From NCBI GenBank assembly GCA_050013275.1, contig JBEKFO010000001.1, positions 1,792-65,791 on the forward strand: a DNA stretch of 64,000 nucleotides, in the 5' to 3' direction. The stretch comes from Roseiarcus sp. (GTDB lineage Bacteria > Pseudomonadota > Alphaproteobacteria > Rhizobiales > Beijerinckiaceae). The notes beneath the pieces were generated by a model. It was not told the DNA's origin. It was given only the letters and a program-made list of their open reading frames with translations, and searched no databases. The translations under genes were made by a program, and so were the position numbers. Below are positions 30,010 to 39,373 of the stretch, in pieces. Position 1 is the first letter of the stretch. Every line of letters begins with the position of its first letter.

Positions 30010-31299
30010 TCAGGCCATGTAGTTGCGCACGGTCAGCGCGAGCCCGCAGAGCATTCCCCACAGCGCCAAACAGGCGGACGAAAGAAGCAATGGATACAGC
30101 AGCCGTTTCGGGTATTGCGCCTCCTGCGCCGCCACGGGCGAAACAAAAGTCTTCAGATACATCGTCTTGCGTTCGGCGGCGACTCGCGCCAGCTCGAGCG
30201 AAGCCGCCGCGCCGGCGTACAGGCGCTCGGCGATCTGTCTTTCGAGGTCGAGTTCGCCGAACGTCGTCATCGCGCCGGCGATGGTCGAATCGGCGCCCGC
30301 CCGCGCTTGGGTCGACGTCAGCTGCGACTCGATTTCGGCGATCTGCGCCTGGGTGACGTCGATGCGCGATTTCAGCGCGCGCATTTGCGGCGCCGACTCG
30401 AGCACATAGGCGAGCTGGGTGCGATACTCCTCTTGCATCGCCAGCAGGCTCGCCTTGGTTTCGTCCGCCAGCTTGTTGAGGCTTTCGGCGGCTTTGGCCG
30501 CGTCGAGCAAGCCGGACTCGTTGCGCGCCTTTTCCAGCGCCGCGCGCGCTTGGGCGAGGCGTTGCGCGGTGCGTTGCAGTTCTTGTTCGGCATTGGCGAC
30601 CGCGTCGCTGTTGATGCGATCGTTCATGTCGTTGATCAACCCTTCGCAGGCGTCGAGGGTGGCCTGGGCGACTCGGCGGGCGTCTTCGGGCCGAAAGGCG
30701 CGAATCTTCAATTCGACGATCCCCGCCGGCATCTTGATCGCCACCTCGGACATGCCTTGCCAGTACTTGAGAAACTTTTCGATCGGCTTCTTCGGGTCGA
30801 AGCGGGCGAGCCAATCCGCCTCGGGGTCGGCGTAGACATCCCGAATGTCGGCGGTTTTCTGCAGAACCTCCAGCGCCGCGCGGCTGTGGACGTAATTGGC
30901 GACGATCTGCGTATCCTGAATGATGGCGAGCGCGGGGATCCCTGTCAGGGCGCCGAGTCCGTCGGGCGCTGGGGCTTCGCCGCCGGAAACAGTGAAGTCG
31001 GCTACCGAAGCGAACTGATCGGCGGCGATGAAGCCATAATACAGCGCGCCCGCCAAGCTCGGCGCGACGACCATCAAACAAAAGCTGGCGATGACCGCCC
31101 AGCGCATGGCCCGCGCGCCTCGCCGAGCCTGAAAGCCGCCGCCGCTGTAAGCCTTGCGCGCGCGCGCCGACATGCGCGAGCGTCGCGCCGCGTCCGAAAG
31201 CGCCTGGGAGACCAGCCGGATCTTCTCGAGCGCCGTTCCAGGCTTGCGCTCCGCTTCCGACCCATCGTCTACGTCCAAGCCTGAATCGTCAAAACCCAT
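30010..31299 (-). CDS. kpsE: Capsule export inner-membrane protein (KpsE/CtrB, PCP-3), copy 2
   Basis: TM + AADQFASVADFTV, YVHSR, IRAFRPEDA, coiled coil, P...QEAQYPKR + TM. Confidence 0.88.
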   Translation of the reverse strand: MGFDDSGLDVDDGSEAERKPGTALEKIRLVSQALSDAARRSRMSARARKAYSGGGFQARRGARAMRWAVIASFCLMVVAPSLAGALYYGFIAADQFASVADFTVSGGEAPAPDGLGALTGIPALAIIQDTQIVANYVHSRAALEVLQKTADIRDVYADPEADWLARFDPKKPIEKFLKYWQGMSEVAIKMPAGIVELKIRAFRPEDARRVAQATLDACEGLINDMNDRINSDAVANAEQELQRTAQRLAQARAALEKARNESGLLDAAKAAESLNKLADETKASLLAMQEEYRTQLAYVLESAPQMRALKSRIDVTQAQIAEIESQLTSTQARAGADSTIAGAMTTFGELDLERQIAERLYAGAAASLELARVAAERKTMYLKTFVSPVAAQEAQYPKRLLYPLLLSSACLALWGMLCGLALTVRNYMA

Positions 31300-31358
31300 C
31301 GTTTCGATCCCGCGCGCGAGGGGAGGCTTCGCGCCGTTTCAACGCCATCGCGCTTCCT

Positions 31359-32012
31359 TCATCGATTGAGACGATTATAGGTCTCGATCGCGGTGTCCAC
31401 CGAGTTGAACATGATGATGTGCCCGTCGACCAGAACGGCGCCGCGATCGCAATAGTCCTTGATCGTCCCCATCGAATGGGAAACCATAATCAAATCCGAG
31501 TTCTTGCGCCGCTGTTCGAAAGCCTGTTGGCAACGCGCCTGGAAACGTGCGTCGCCGACCGCGGTGATTTCATCCACCAGATAGCAGTCGAACTCGATCG
31601 CCATGGAAAGTCCAAACGCCAAACGCGCCATCATTCCGGAGGAGTAGGTTTTCACCGGAAGATCGATATAATCTCCAAGCTCCGAGAAATCCTCGACAAA
31701 ATCGAGGGTCTTGCGAACATCGGCGCCATAGGCTCGGCTGACGAATTTTACATTCTCGCGTCCCGTCATCAGAGCATGAAACCCGCCCGCGAATCCCAGC
31801 GGCCAGGATACGCGCACCGATCGGCGAATGCGCCCGGCGTTGGGCAGTTCGGTTCCTGCGATCAACCGTAAAGTCGTCGATTTGCCCGCGCCGTTGACGC
31901 CAAGAAGTCCGTACGACCGACCCGGCTCGAAAACAGTAGATACGTGATCGAGCACAATCTTTAGGAAGCCCTCGGTCCTGTAGAATTTGAAAATCCGGTC
32001 GAGTTGTATCAT
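31359..32012 (-). CDS. kpsT: Capsule ABC transporter ATP-binding protein (KpsT)
   Basis: Walker A GVNGAGKST, VSWPLGF, signature YSSGM, Walker B YLVDE, VSH; 217 aa with no C-terminal extension. Confidence 0.95.
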   Translation of the reverse strand: MIQLDRIFKFYRTEGFLKIVLDHVSTVFEPGRSYGLLGVNGAGKSTTLRLIAGTELPNAGRIRRSVRVSWPLGFAGGFHALMTGRENVKFVSRAYGADVRKTLDFVEDFSELGDYIDLPVKTYSSGMMARLAFGLSMAIEFDCYLVDEITAVGDARFQARCQQAFEQRRKNSDLIMVSHSMGTIKDYCDRGAVLVDGHIIMFNSVDTAIETYNRLNR

Positions 32013-32405
32013 GTCACGAGTCTCGCATTACCCGCTCGTGGTCGACGGGACTGGCCCACAGCGGCGGGCGGTTGGTCGCCGGCATTCGTTGGTCGACGTG
32101 CCGCGCCGAATTCGTGACGTTCCTCTCGAAGGATTTTCGATTCCGCGCCTTTGTTACGACAAAGACGCGCAGCGCTCAACTCACGCGGCTCGAACGCCGC
32201 GGCGTCAGCGGGCAACTTCGCGAGCCCCGGCCATGCCTGGGCGCTGTGAACTCAGCGTCCGCGACGACTTGTGGAATCTTGCCATGGCAATCGCAGTCGA
32301 GCATTGTCGAGCCGTTCATTGGCTTCCTGGCCAGTTCAAACGCACCGGCGTGCTTCCCGCTGCGGGCCAGTCTGATGTCAGCCGGACGACCAAGGAGCCT
32401 GCGAC

Positions 32406-34247
32406 TTGTCTTTGGCTTTGAAGATTCGCTCCCGTGGCGCGACGGCGAGACGTTTCCTGATGCGCGGTTGGCGCGCCACCTCGAAAGTCGGCGCGGTCGC
32501 CGCTTTGTTGGCCGCCTATAGACGCCGTTGTGTGCAGACACGCGCACAAACCTTTCTCAAGCACGCCGCCGCGCTCGCGGCCGAAGCAGGCGAAGATCGG
32601 GGTGGATGTCCCGCGAAGGCGGAGGCGCCGATCGCTTTTGTGGTTCCCGTATTCAATACGAAAGCGGCCTATCTCGACGACCTGCTCGCCTCGATGAAGC
32701 GGCAAACGCCGGGCGCCTGGCGCCTGGTGCTGAGCGACGACGGATCCTCTGACAGGCGGACGCGAGCGTGGCTGTCGAGACATGAAACCGACCCTAGCGT
32801 CACGGTCGTCTGGAACGCCGCCCATCGCGGAATCGCCGCCGCGACCAACGCGGGAATCGCGCGTAGCGAGACAACCTGGATTGGCCTGCTCGATCACGAC
32901 GACGCGTTGGCGCCCCATGCCGTCGATCGAATCTCGCGCGCGCTATCGGCGAGCCCCGATTGCCAGTTTCTTTATACCGATGAAGTCATAGCCGACGGAA
33001 AACTCAGGGCGGAGGACTTCTTCCTCAAGCCGGCCTGGGACCCCGTGCTGCTTTCCGGAGTCAACTACATCAATCATCTCTCGTTGTATCGGCGCTCCCG
33101 CTTGTTGGAAATCGGCGGTCTTCGAGACGGATTTCAGGGGTCGCAGGACTATGATCTTCTGCTCCGCTACACGGCCGCGCTGAGCCCCAAGGAAATCCGT
33201 CATTTGCCCTACCCCGCCTACATTTGGCGGCGCGATGGCGCGAGCCATTCCGTTCGATTCGTTGAAACCGCGACTGACAATGCCCGACGCGCGCTCGCCG
33301 AGCATTTCTCCCAGCGGCGCGCCGGGATCGTTGTCAGCGGTGCATTGACGCCAGATTTGCATCGGGTCCGCTTCGATCAGCATCGACGGGAATGGCCTCT
33401 CGTCTCCGTCGTCATTCCCAATCGCAATTCGCTCGTCTTGATCCGCCGAGTGCTCGAGGGACTGACGGAGGGCACCAATTATCCGAATCTGGAAGTCATC
33501 GTGGTCGACAATGGCACCGACGATCCCGAAGTCTTGTCGTTGTATCGAGATTGGGAAAAGCGTTCGACGCCCTTTCACGTGCGCATCGACCTGGAGCCGT
33601 TCAATTTCTCTCGCTCGACCAATCGGGGCGTCGCCATGGCGAAGGGAGCGCTCGTCTTGTTCCTCAACAACGACGTCGAAATCCTCGAACCGGACTGGTT
33701 GAAGGAGATGGTCTCATGTTTTGAATTTGACGACGTCGGCGTGGTTGGCGCGAAATTGCTCTATCCTGATCGAACCATTCAACATGTCGGCGTCATCGCC
33801 GGGCTTGGCGGATATGCCGGCCATTGGTTCATTGGACGAGACGAGGACTTTCCCGGCCCGATGGGTCGCTTGCGCGTGCGTCAATCGCTTTCTGTCGTGA
33901 CCGGGGCCTGCATGCTGGTGTCAAAGGACTGTTTGCGCGCGACCGGCCCGCTCGACGAAGACGTGTTCCCAATCGCGTACAACGACGTCGATTTCTGCTT
34001 GCGGACCGCCGACAAAGGCTTCCGCGTCGTTTGGACGCCGTTCGCCACCCTGATCCACCACGAGTCGGCGTCGCGCGGCAGCGATGAGACAAGTGAAAAC
34101 ATCGACCGGTTCAACCGCGACAAAGCGAGCCTTCGCGATCGGCATCGCACCGACACGATCGAAGATCGATTCTTCAACCCTTGGTATTCCAGGCACGAAT
34201 CGTACCCGTACCCCATTTTCCTTGACCGCCTTCCTGCGGCTCGGTAA
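32406..34247 (+). CDS. Two-domain GT2 glycosyltransferase
   Basis: VVPVFNT, SDDGS, LLDHDD, YTDE, KPAWDP, GSQDYD; second domain VDNGT, FLNNDVE, VTGAC, YNDVDFCL, HHESASRG. Start codon uncertain. Confidence 0.93.
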   Translation: MSLALKIRSRGATARRFLMRGWRATSKVGAVAALLAAYRRRCVQTRAQTFLKHAAALAAEAGEDRGGCPAKAEAPIAFVVPVFNTKAAYLDDLLASMKRQTPGAWRLVLSDDGSSDRRTRAWLSRHETDPSVTVVWNAAHRGIAAATNAGIARSETTWIGLLDHDDALAPHAVDRISRALSASPDCQFLYTDEVIADGKLRAEDFFLKPAWDPVLLSGVNYINHLSLYRRSRLLEIGGLRDGFQGSQDYDLLLRYTAALSPKEIRHLPYPAYIWRRDGASHSVRFVETATDNARRALAEHFSQRRAGIVVSGALTPDLHRVRFDQHRREWPLVSVVIPNRNSLVLIRRVLEGLTEGTNYPNLEVIVVDNGTDDPEVLSLYRDWEKRSTPFHVRIDLEPFNFSRSTNRGVAMAKGALVLFLNNDVEILEPDWLKEMVSCFEFDDVGVVGAKLLYPDRTIQHVGVIAGLGGYAGHWFIGRDEDFPGPMGRLRVRQSLSVVTGACMLVSKDCLRATGPLDEDVFPIAYNDVDFCLRTADKGFRVVWTPFATLIHHESASRGSDETSENIDRFNRDKASLRDRHRTDTIEDRFFNPWYSRHESYPYPIFLDRLPAAR

Positions 34248-34364
34248 GTCCGGCGCGAATTCCAAGCGCCCTCCGCGCATGAGCGGTCTACAATTTTCAA
34301 CTCGTTCAACATTTCGGTTGCTTAGCGCGGAAACGACGGAATCGTTTTTGCCCCGGGGGCGTGT

Positions 34365-35246
34365 TTGCGGCTGTTGCCAAAAATCATCGAAGGATTGCGC
34401 AGGGCCGCCGACGCTCTGGAGCTCAAGACGGCGTCGGCTCCAGGCAAGGGACGCGCCGGCGAAAACCTGGTCCTCGACGACTACGTCGCGGGAATGCCGA
34501 GCGCCCAAAACGCAATCGATGTCCTGCCAGGTTGGAATCTGGCATTACCGCCTCAGGCCAATGTCGTAGCGGGACGTCGCGCCTTCTACCACGATCCTCG
34601 GATCCTGTGGGCGATCGAGCAATTTGGCTCGATCGAAGGACGCAAGATTCTCGAGCTTGGGCCTTTGGAGGCCTCCCACACATGGTTGCTGGAGCAACAC
34701 GGCCCGAGTGAAATCCAGGCTATCGAAGCCAACAAGCTCTCCTATCTGCGCTGCCTCGTTGTAAAAGAGCTGCTCGATCTCAAGAAGGCGAAGTTTTATC
34801 TCGGCGACTTTGCCACGTGGCTCACCAATACCGAGCAGCGATACGATTTTATCGTCGCATCGGGGGTGCTGTATCACATGGAGGATCCGATCGGGTTGCT
34901 CGAACTCATCGCATCCCGGACAGACGCCTTCTACCTCTGGACGCACTACATGAGCGATGGCGCGATGCCGGAGGGCGATCCTCGGCGCGGCGCGATCCTC
35001 GGCGCGGCGGAAATTCAAGATCGGCATGGCGTATCGGTGCGCCTCTACAAGCGCTCGTACTATGGCGCGTGGCGGAGCAAATCCTTTTGCGGCGGAATGC
35101 ACGATCTGCATCGCTGGGTTGAAAAGAGCGACATTGTCGACGTCGTCAAGGCCCTGGGCTTCGACGACGTGCGCGTGGCTCATGACGAGCCAAATCATGA
35201 AAATGGTCCATCGTTCTCGATTTTTGCGCGGCGGACGAATCGATAG
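34365..35246 (+). CDS. Class I SAM-dependent methyltransferase
   Basis: ILELGPLEASHT (motif I), AIEAN, YDFIVASGVLYHM. Confidence 0.85.
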   Translation: MRLLPKIIEGLRRAADALELKTASAPGKGRAGENLVLDDYVAGMPSAQNAIDVLPGWNLALPPQANVVAGRRAFYHDPRILWAIEQFGSIEGRKILELGPLEASHTWLLEQHGPSEIQAIEANKLSYLRCLVVKELLDLKKAKFYLGDFATWLTNTEQRYDFIVASGVLYHMEDPIGLLELIASRTDAFYLWTHYMSDGAMPEGDPRRGAILGAAEIQDRHGVSVRLYKRSYYGAWRSKSFCGGMHDLHRWVEKSDIVDVVKALGFDDVRVAHDEPNHENGPSFSIFARRTNR

Positions 35247-35350
35247 TCCAGACGTTCGAGAGCGACGACCTTCTCGTCGCGGGCGCTGGAGCTCCGCTTC
35301 CCGCCGGTTGGCGCGAGATGCTTTCGCCGCCCGCAACGCCTACGGTCGCT

Positions 35351-36229
35351 TCAGCGCGCCTCGCCCTGCTGCGCGACCGCCAGCAGATACCGCCCGTAGC
35401 CGCCCTTGCCCAATTTGATCCCAAGCGCCTCGAGTTGCGAGGCCGATATCCATCCGTTCACGAAAGCGATTTCTTCCGGGCAGGCGATCCGCACGCCCTG
35501 GCGTGACTCCAGCGTGCGCACGAATTCGGCGGCTTCCAGCAGGCTTTCCGGCGTGCCGGTGTCGAGCCAGGCGAAGCCGCGCCCCATTCTCTCCACCGAA
35601 AGGGCGCCGCGCTCGAGATAGATCCTGTTGAGATCGGTGATCTCGAGTTCGCCGCGCGCGGAAGGCTTGAGGCTCGCGGCGATGTCGACGACCGTTTCAT
35701 CGTAGAAATAGAGGCCGGTGACGGCCCAGTTCGATTTCGGCGTCTTCGGCTTCTCCTCGATCGAGACGGCTTTGCCGCCCTGATCGAAGGCGACGACGCC
35801 GTAGCGCTCGGGATCGCCGACACGATAGGCGAAAACGCTCGCCCCTTTCTTGCGAGCGGCGGCCGCGGCCATCATCTGCGGCAAGCTGTGGCCGTAGAAG
35901 AGGTTGTCGCCGAGGATCAGCGCCGAGTTGTCGCCCGCCACGAAATTCGCGCCGATCTGGTAGGCCTGCGCCAACCCGCCGGGATGCGGCTGTTCGGCAT
36001 AGGTCAGGCGCAGTCCCCACTCGCCGCCGTCGCCGAGGAGTCGGCGAAAATGGGGCAAATCCATCGGCGTCGAGATCACGAGAATGTCCCGTATCCCCGC
36101 CAGCATGAGCGTGCTGAGGGGATAATAGATCATCGGCTTGTCATAGATCGGCAGCAACTGCTTGGACGTCGCAAGCGTGATCGGATGCAGGCGCGTTCCC
36201 GATCCACCCGCCAGGATTATGCCTTTCAT
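35351..36229 (-). CDS. rfbA: Glucose-1-phosphate thymidylyltransferase (RmlA)
   Basis: [43 protein letters not shown]. Confidence 0.98.
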   Translation of the reverse strand: MKGIILAGGSGTRLHPITLATSKQLLPIYDKPMIYYPLSTLMLAGIRDILVISTPMDLPHFRRLLGDGGEWGLRLTYAEQPHPGGLAQAYQIGANFVAGDNSALILGDNLFYGHSLPQMMAAAAARKKGASVFAYRVGDPERYGVVAFDQGGKAVSIEEKPKTPKSNWAVTGLYFYDETVVDIAASLKPSARGELEITDLNRIYLERGALSVERMGRGFAWLDTGTPESLLEAAEFVRTLESRQGVRIACPEEIAFVNGWISASQLEALGIKLGKGGYGRYLLAVAQQGEAR

Positions 36230-36233
36230 CGCG

Positions 36234-36428
36234 TCATCCTTTCGTCTCGGGTTGCAGAGGTCGGGCCACGCAAAACTTCACCGATTCGCGCCAATCGGGA
36301 CGCGCGACGGCATAGCGCTCGATCCGCTTGCCGCAGCCCAGTCGTGAATCTGTCGGGCGCCGCGCGCGCTCGCGCAACGACAACGCCGCTTGCCCGCGCG
36401 CGCCGGTAACGACGACTCTCATCGGCAT
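36234..36428 (-). pseudogene. rfbD: dTDP-4-dehydrorhamnose reductase (RmlD) remnant with large internal deletion
   Basis: 64 codons between rfbC and rfbA: RmlD N-terminus [11 protein letters not shown] joined directly to a C-terminus-like ARRPTDSRL.C.K.....A.PDWRESV..CVAR; no YxxxK catalytic core. Confidence 0.85.
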
Positions 36429-37000
36429 TCAGCGAAGTCGAAATAAGCGGGAAGCTCGGCCAGCAGCGGGTGGCGGCGGTCTTTCGCCGACAACACCGGG
36501 CCCCAGGACGGCGCCGGCCAGACGATTCCAAGCGCCGGGTCGTCGAACGCGAGACCGCAATCATGCGCGGTCGAATAGGGCGCGGTGACCTTGTAGAGAA
36601 CCTCGCTCGACGGCTCGAGCGTAATGAAGCCATGCGCGAAGCCTTTGGGCACGAGCAGCTGGCGCCAATTCATCTGCGACAACTCGACCGCCACATGCGC
36701 GCCGTAGGTCGGCGATCCCCGCCGAATGTCGACGGCGACATCGAGGATCCGTCCGCGCGGGCAGCGGATCAGCTTGTCCTGCGCGATCGGGGGGCTTTGG
36801 AAATGCAACCCTCTCAAAGTGCCGACCCGTTCGGAAAACGAGTGGTTGTCCTGAACGAACTCGAGATCGATCCCGGCGCCGAGAAAAGCGGCGCGACTGT
36901 ACGTCTCCGAGAAAAAGCCGCGATCGTCGCCGAAACGCTTCGACTCGATGAGTTTCACCGCCGGGATGGCGGTTGCCGCAATCGTGAAGGCGTCGCTCAC
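36419..37000 (-). CDS. rfbC: dTDP-4-dehydrorhamnose 3,5-epimerase (RmlC)
   Basis: [41 protein letters not shown]; the GTG start overlaps the rfbB stop (GTGA). Confidence 0.97.
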   Translation of the reverse strand: MSDAFTIAATAIPAVKLIESKRFGDDRGFFSETYSRAAFLGAGIDLEFVQDNHSFSERVGTLRGLHFQSPPIAQDKLIRCPRGRILDVAVDIRRGSPTYGAHVAVELSQMNWRQLLVPKGFAHGFITLEPSSEVLYKVTAPYSTAHDCGLAFDDPALGIVWPAPSWGPVLSAKDRRHPLLAELPAYFDFAECR

Positions 37001-38061
37001 GCCGTCGCCTCCGCCGCGGCGCCAAGCCGCTGGCCGCGATAAACCCCGGAGCGGATTTCGCGCCACCATGTCGGATTGGCGAGATACCATTCGACCGTGC
37101 GCCGTAAACCGCTGTCGAAAGTCTCCTTCGGCGCCCAGCCAAGTTCGTTTCTGATCTTCGTCGCGTCGATGGCGTAGCGCGCGTCATGGCCGGGGCGATC
37201 GACGACGAAGGTGATCAGGCGCGCGTGCGGTCCCTCTGGATCGGGCCGCAATTCGTCGAGAATCGCGCAAATCCGCTCGACGACCTTCACATTCGGCCAG
37301 TCGTTGTTTCCGCCAATATTGTACGTTTCGCCAATCGTCCCGCGAGTGGCGACCGACAGCAGCGCGTCGGCGTGATCGTCGACGTAGAGCCAATCGCGCA
37401 CATTCGCGCCGTCGCCGTAGACCGGCAGCGGCTTGCCTTCGAGCGCATTGAGGATCATCAGCGGAATGAGCTTTTCAGGAAAATGATAGGGGCCGTAGTT
37501 GTTCGAGCAATTGGTGACGACGACCGGCAATCCATAGGTATGGCCCCAAGCGCGCACGAGATGGTCGGAACTGGCCTTCGAGGCCGAATAGGGCGAGTTC
37601 GGCGCATAAGGCGTGCGCTCGTGGAAATAGCCCTCGGCGCCCAGCGATCCGTAGACTTCGTCGGTCGAGACGTGGTGAAAGCGGAATGCGCGCTTGCGAG
37701 CTTCCGGCAGGCCGCGAAAGAAGCGCAACGCCTCCTGGAGAAGGCGGTAGGTGCCGACGATGTTCGTCTCGATGAACGCGCCCGGCCCGTCGATCGACCG
37801 GTCGACGTGGCTCTCCGCCGCGAGGTGCATCACAACATCGGGATCGAATCGCTTGAGAACCGCACGCACTGAGGCCGAATCGGCAATGTCGACCTTTTCG
37901 AACGCGAAGCGCGCATCGCTGGAGACCGGCGCAAGCGAGGCCAGGTTTCCCGCATAAGTGAGCTTGTCGACGACGCAAACGGAATGTTCGGTCTGCGTAA
38001 TGATCTTGCGGACGACTGCCGACCCGATGAAACCCGCCCCGCCGGTGACAACGAATTTCAC
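36997..38061 (-). CDS. rfbB: dTDP-glucose 4,6-dehydratase (RmlB)
   Basis: [47 protein letters not shown]. Confidence 0.98.
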   Translation of the reverse strand: MKFVVTGGAGFIGSAVVRKIITQTEHSVCVVDKLTYAGNLASLAPVSSDARFAFEKVDIADSASVRAVLKRFDPDVVMHLAAESHVDRSIDGPGAFIETNIVGTYRLLQEALRFFRGLPEARKRAFRFHHVSTDEVYGSLGAEGYFHERTPYAPNSPYSASKASSDHLVRAWGHTYGLPVVVTNCSNNYGPYHFPEKLIPLMILNALEGKPLPVYGDGANVRDWLYVDDHADALLSVATRGTIGETYNIGGNNDWPNVKVVERICAILDELRPDPEGPHARLITFVVDRPGHDARYAIDATKIRNELGWAPKETFDSGLRRTVEWYLANPTWWREIRSGVYRGQRLGAAAEATA

Positions 38062-38135
38062 GACGCGCCTTCTCACTCACTCAGCACTGTTTGCGGTTCT
38101 GGCAAGCATATCGAACGGCCCCCACTGCGTAAACC

Positions 38136-38903
38136 TCAGGCGCGCTCCGCCGCTCCTTTGCTCTGTGAGAGAAAGTCCCTTTTGTCGCCTTCGAGGACCA
38201 ACAGACCCTTGTCGTCGCCGTGGCTCGCGTGGCGAAGCGGACGCGCCGCATGCTCGAGGTTGCCGATACGATCGACGTCGAGGGCGACGCGGCGCACAAA
38301 AATCGCGAGCCAGCCGACGAGCAGCGCACCACAGACCACCTCGAAGACGGCGAGGCTGCCGATCTGAACGGAGGCAAGCTCGATGTGGGCAAGTTGGAAG
38401 AAGCCGACCCAAACGCCAATGAAAATCCGCCCCTCGGTCGCGCCGAGCCCGCCCATGCCGATGATTTGCACGCCATCGACGACGGTTCGCATCAGCGCAT
38501 AAACCGTATGGACCAAATACGCGACGAGGAGCATCAGCGCTACGTCGAAGGTCAGATAGGGCGACAGGCCCAAGGCGAGAATTAGCATAGTGAACGAGAG
38601 GACGTCGCTAGCGCGGTCGAGGAGGAAGCCGACCCGGTGGCGCTCGATGCGCCGATGACGCGCCAGCGCGCCATCAAACGAATCGCCGAACCAGTTGGCG
38701 ATCAGGCCAAGGTAAAACGGGAGGAGAAACCATCCCGAAAAGCGACAGGCGATAAGCGCCAAACCGGCGCCCAGCGCGCCAAGGAACGCGACTGCGGTCA
38801 GATGATCCGGGATTACATAGCGTGGAAGGCGGCCAACAAAAACTCTAATGCAGTACTGCTCTGGCCAACCGAGAACGCCAAGATGCTGCCGACGAGTCGT
38901 CAT
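38136..38903 (-). CDS. CDP-alcohol phosphatidyltransferase family protein
   Basis: PDHLT and signature DSFDGALAR...GFLLDRASD; hydrophobic protein. Confidence 0.88.
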   Translation of the reverse strand: MTTRRQHLGVLGWPEQYCIRVFVGRLPRYVIPDHLTAVAFLGALGAGLALIACRFSGWFLLPFYLGLIANWFGDSFDGALARHRRIERHRVGFLLDRASDVLSFTMLILALGLSPYLTFDVALMLLVAYLVHTVYALMRTVVDGVQIIGMGGLGATEGRIFIGVWVGFFQLAHIELASVQIGSLAVFEVVCGALLVGWLAIFVRRVALDVDRIGNLEHAARPLRHASHGDDKGLLVLEGDKRDFLSQSKGAAERA

Positions 38904-39373
38904 ACGCCCAACCCCCTCTCGGCCCTAGCGAAATCAAAATGATTATCTCGCGGCCGTCGCCCCAGTGCGACCGCGCGACAAACTCGATATTGCAATGCGA
39001 CAGACTCTAACTGGCGCCATTCACACCCGCAACCCGTGCGAGGTCCACGTAGTGCAAGTCGCTAACCAGTCCGGTTTCCTAACGTTGTTATCGGCTGCGG
39101 CGTCGACAAAATCGACGCTTCAGCTATCCCTGCGGCAATTCGCCGCATTAAATGAATCGATCGATAACCACAAGGCAACGAACCCGCGATTGCAGTGGCG
39201 CGGCGCCGCAATGATTTCAGTTGCGTTGCTACGCTCGCTCGCGCGCTTCGGCAAAGTAATTTCGACGCGGCCTTCCGTTATTTGTAATCGCGATATTAAT
39301 AATAGGCGTCGCCCGTCGATCGCGAAGGGCGTCCGCGGGCGTGCACGGGCTCGCCGCTCGTCGCTCGCCGAGC

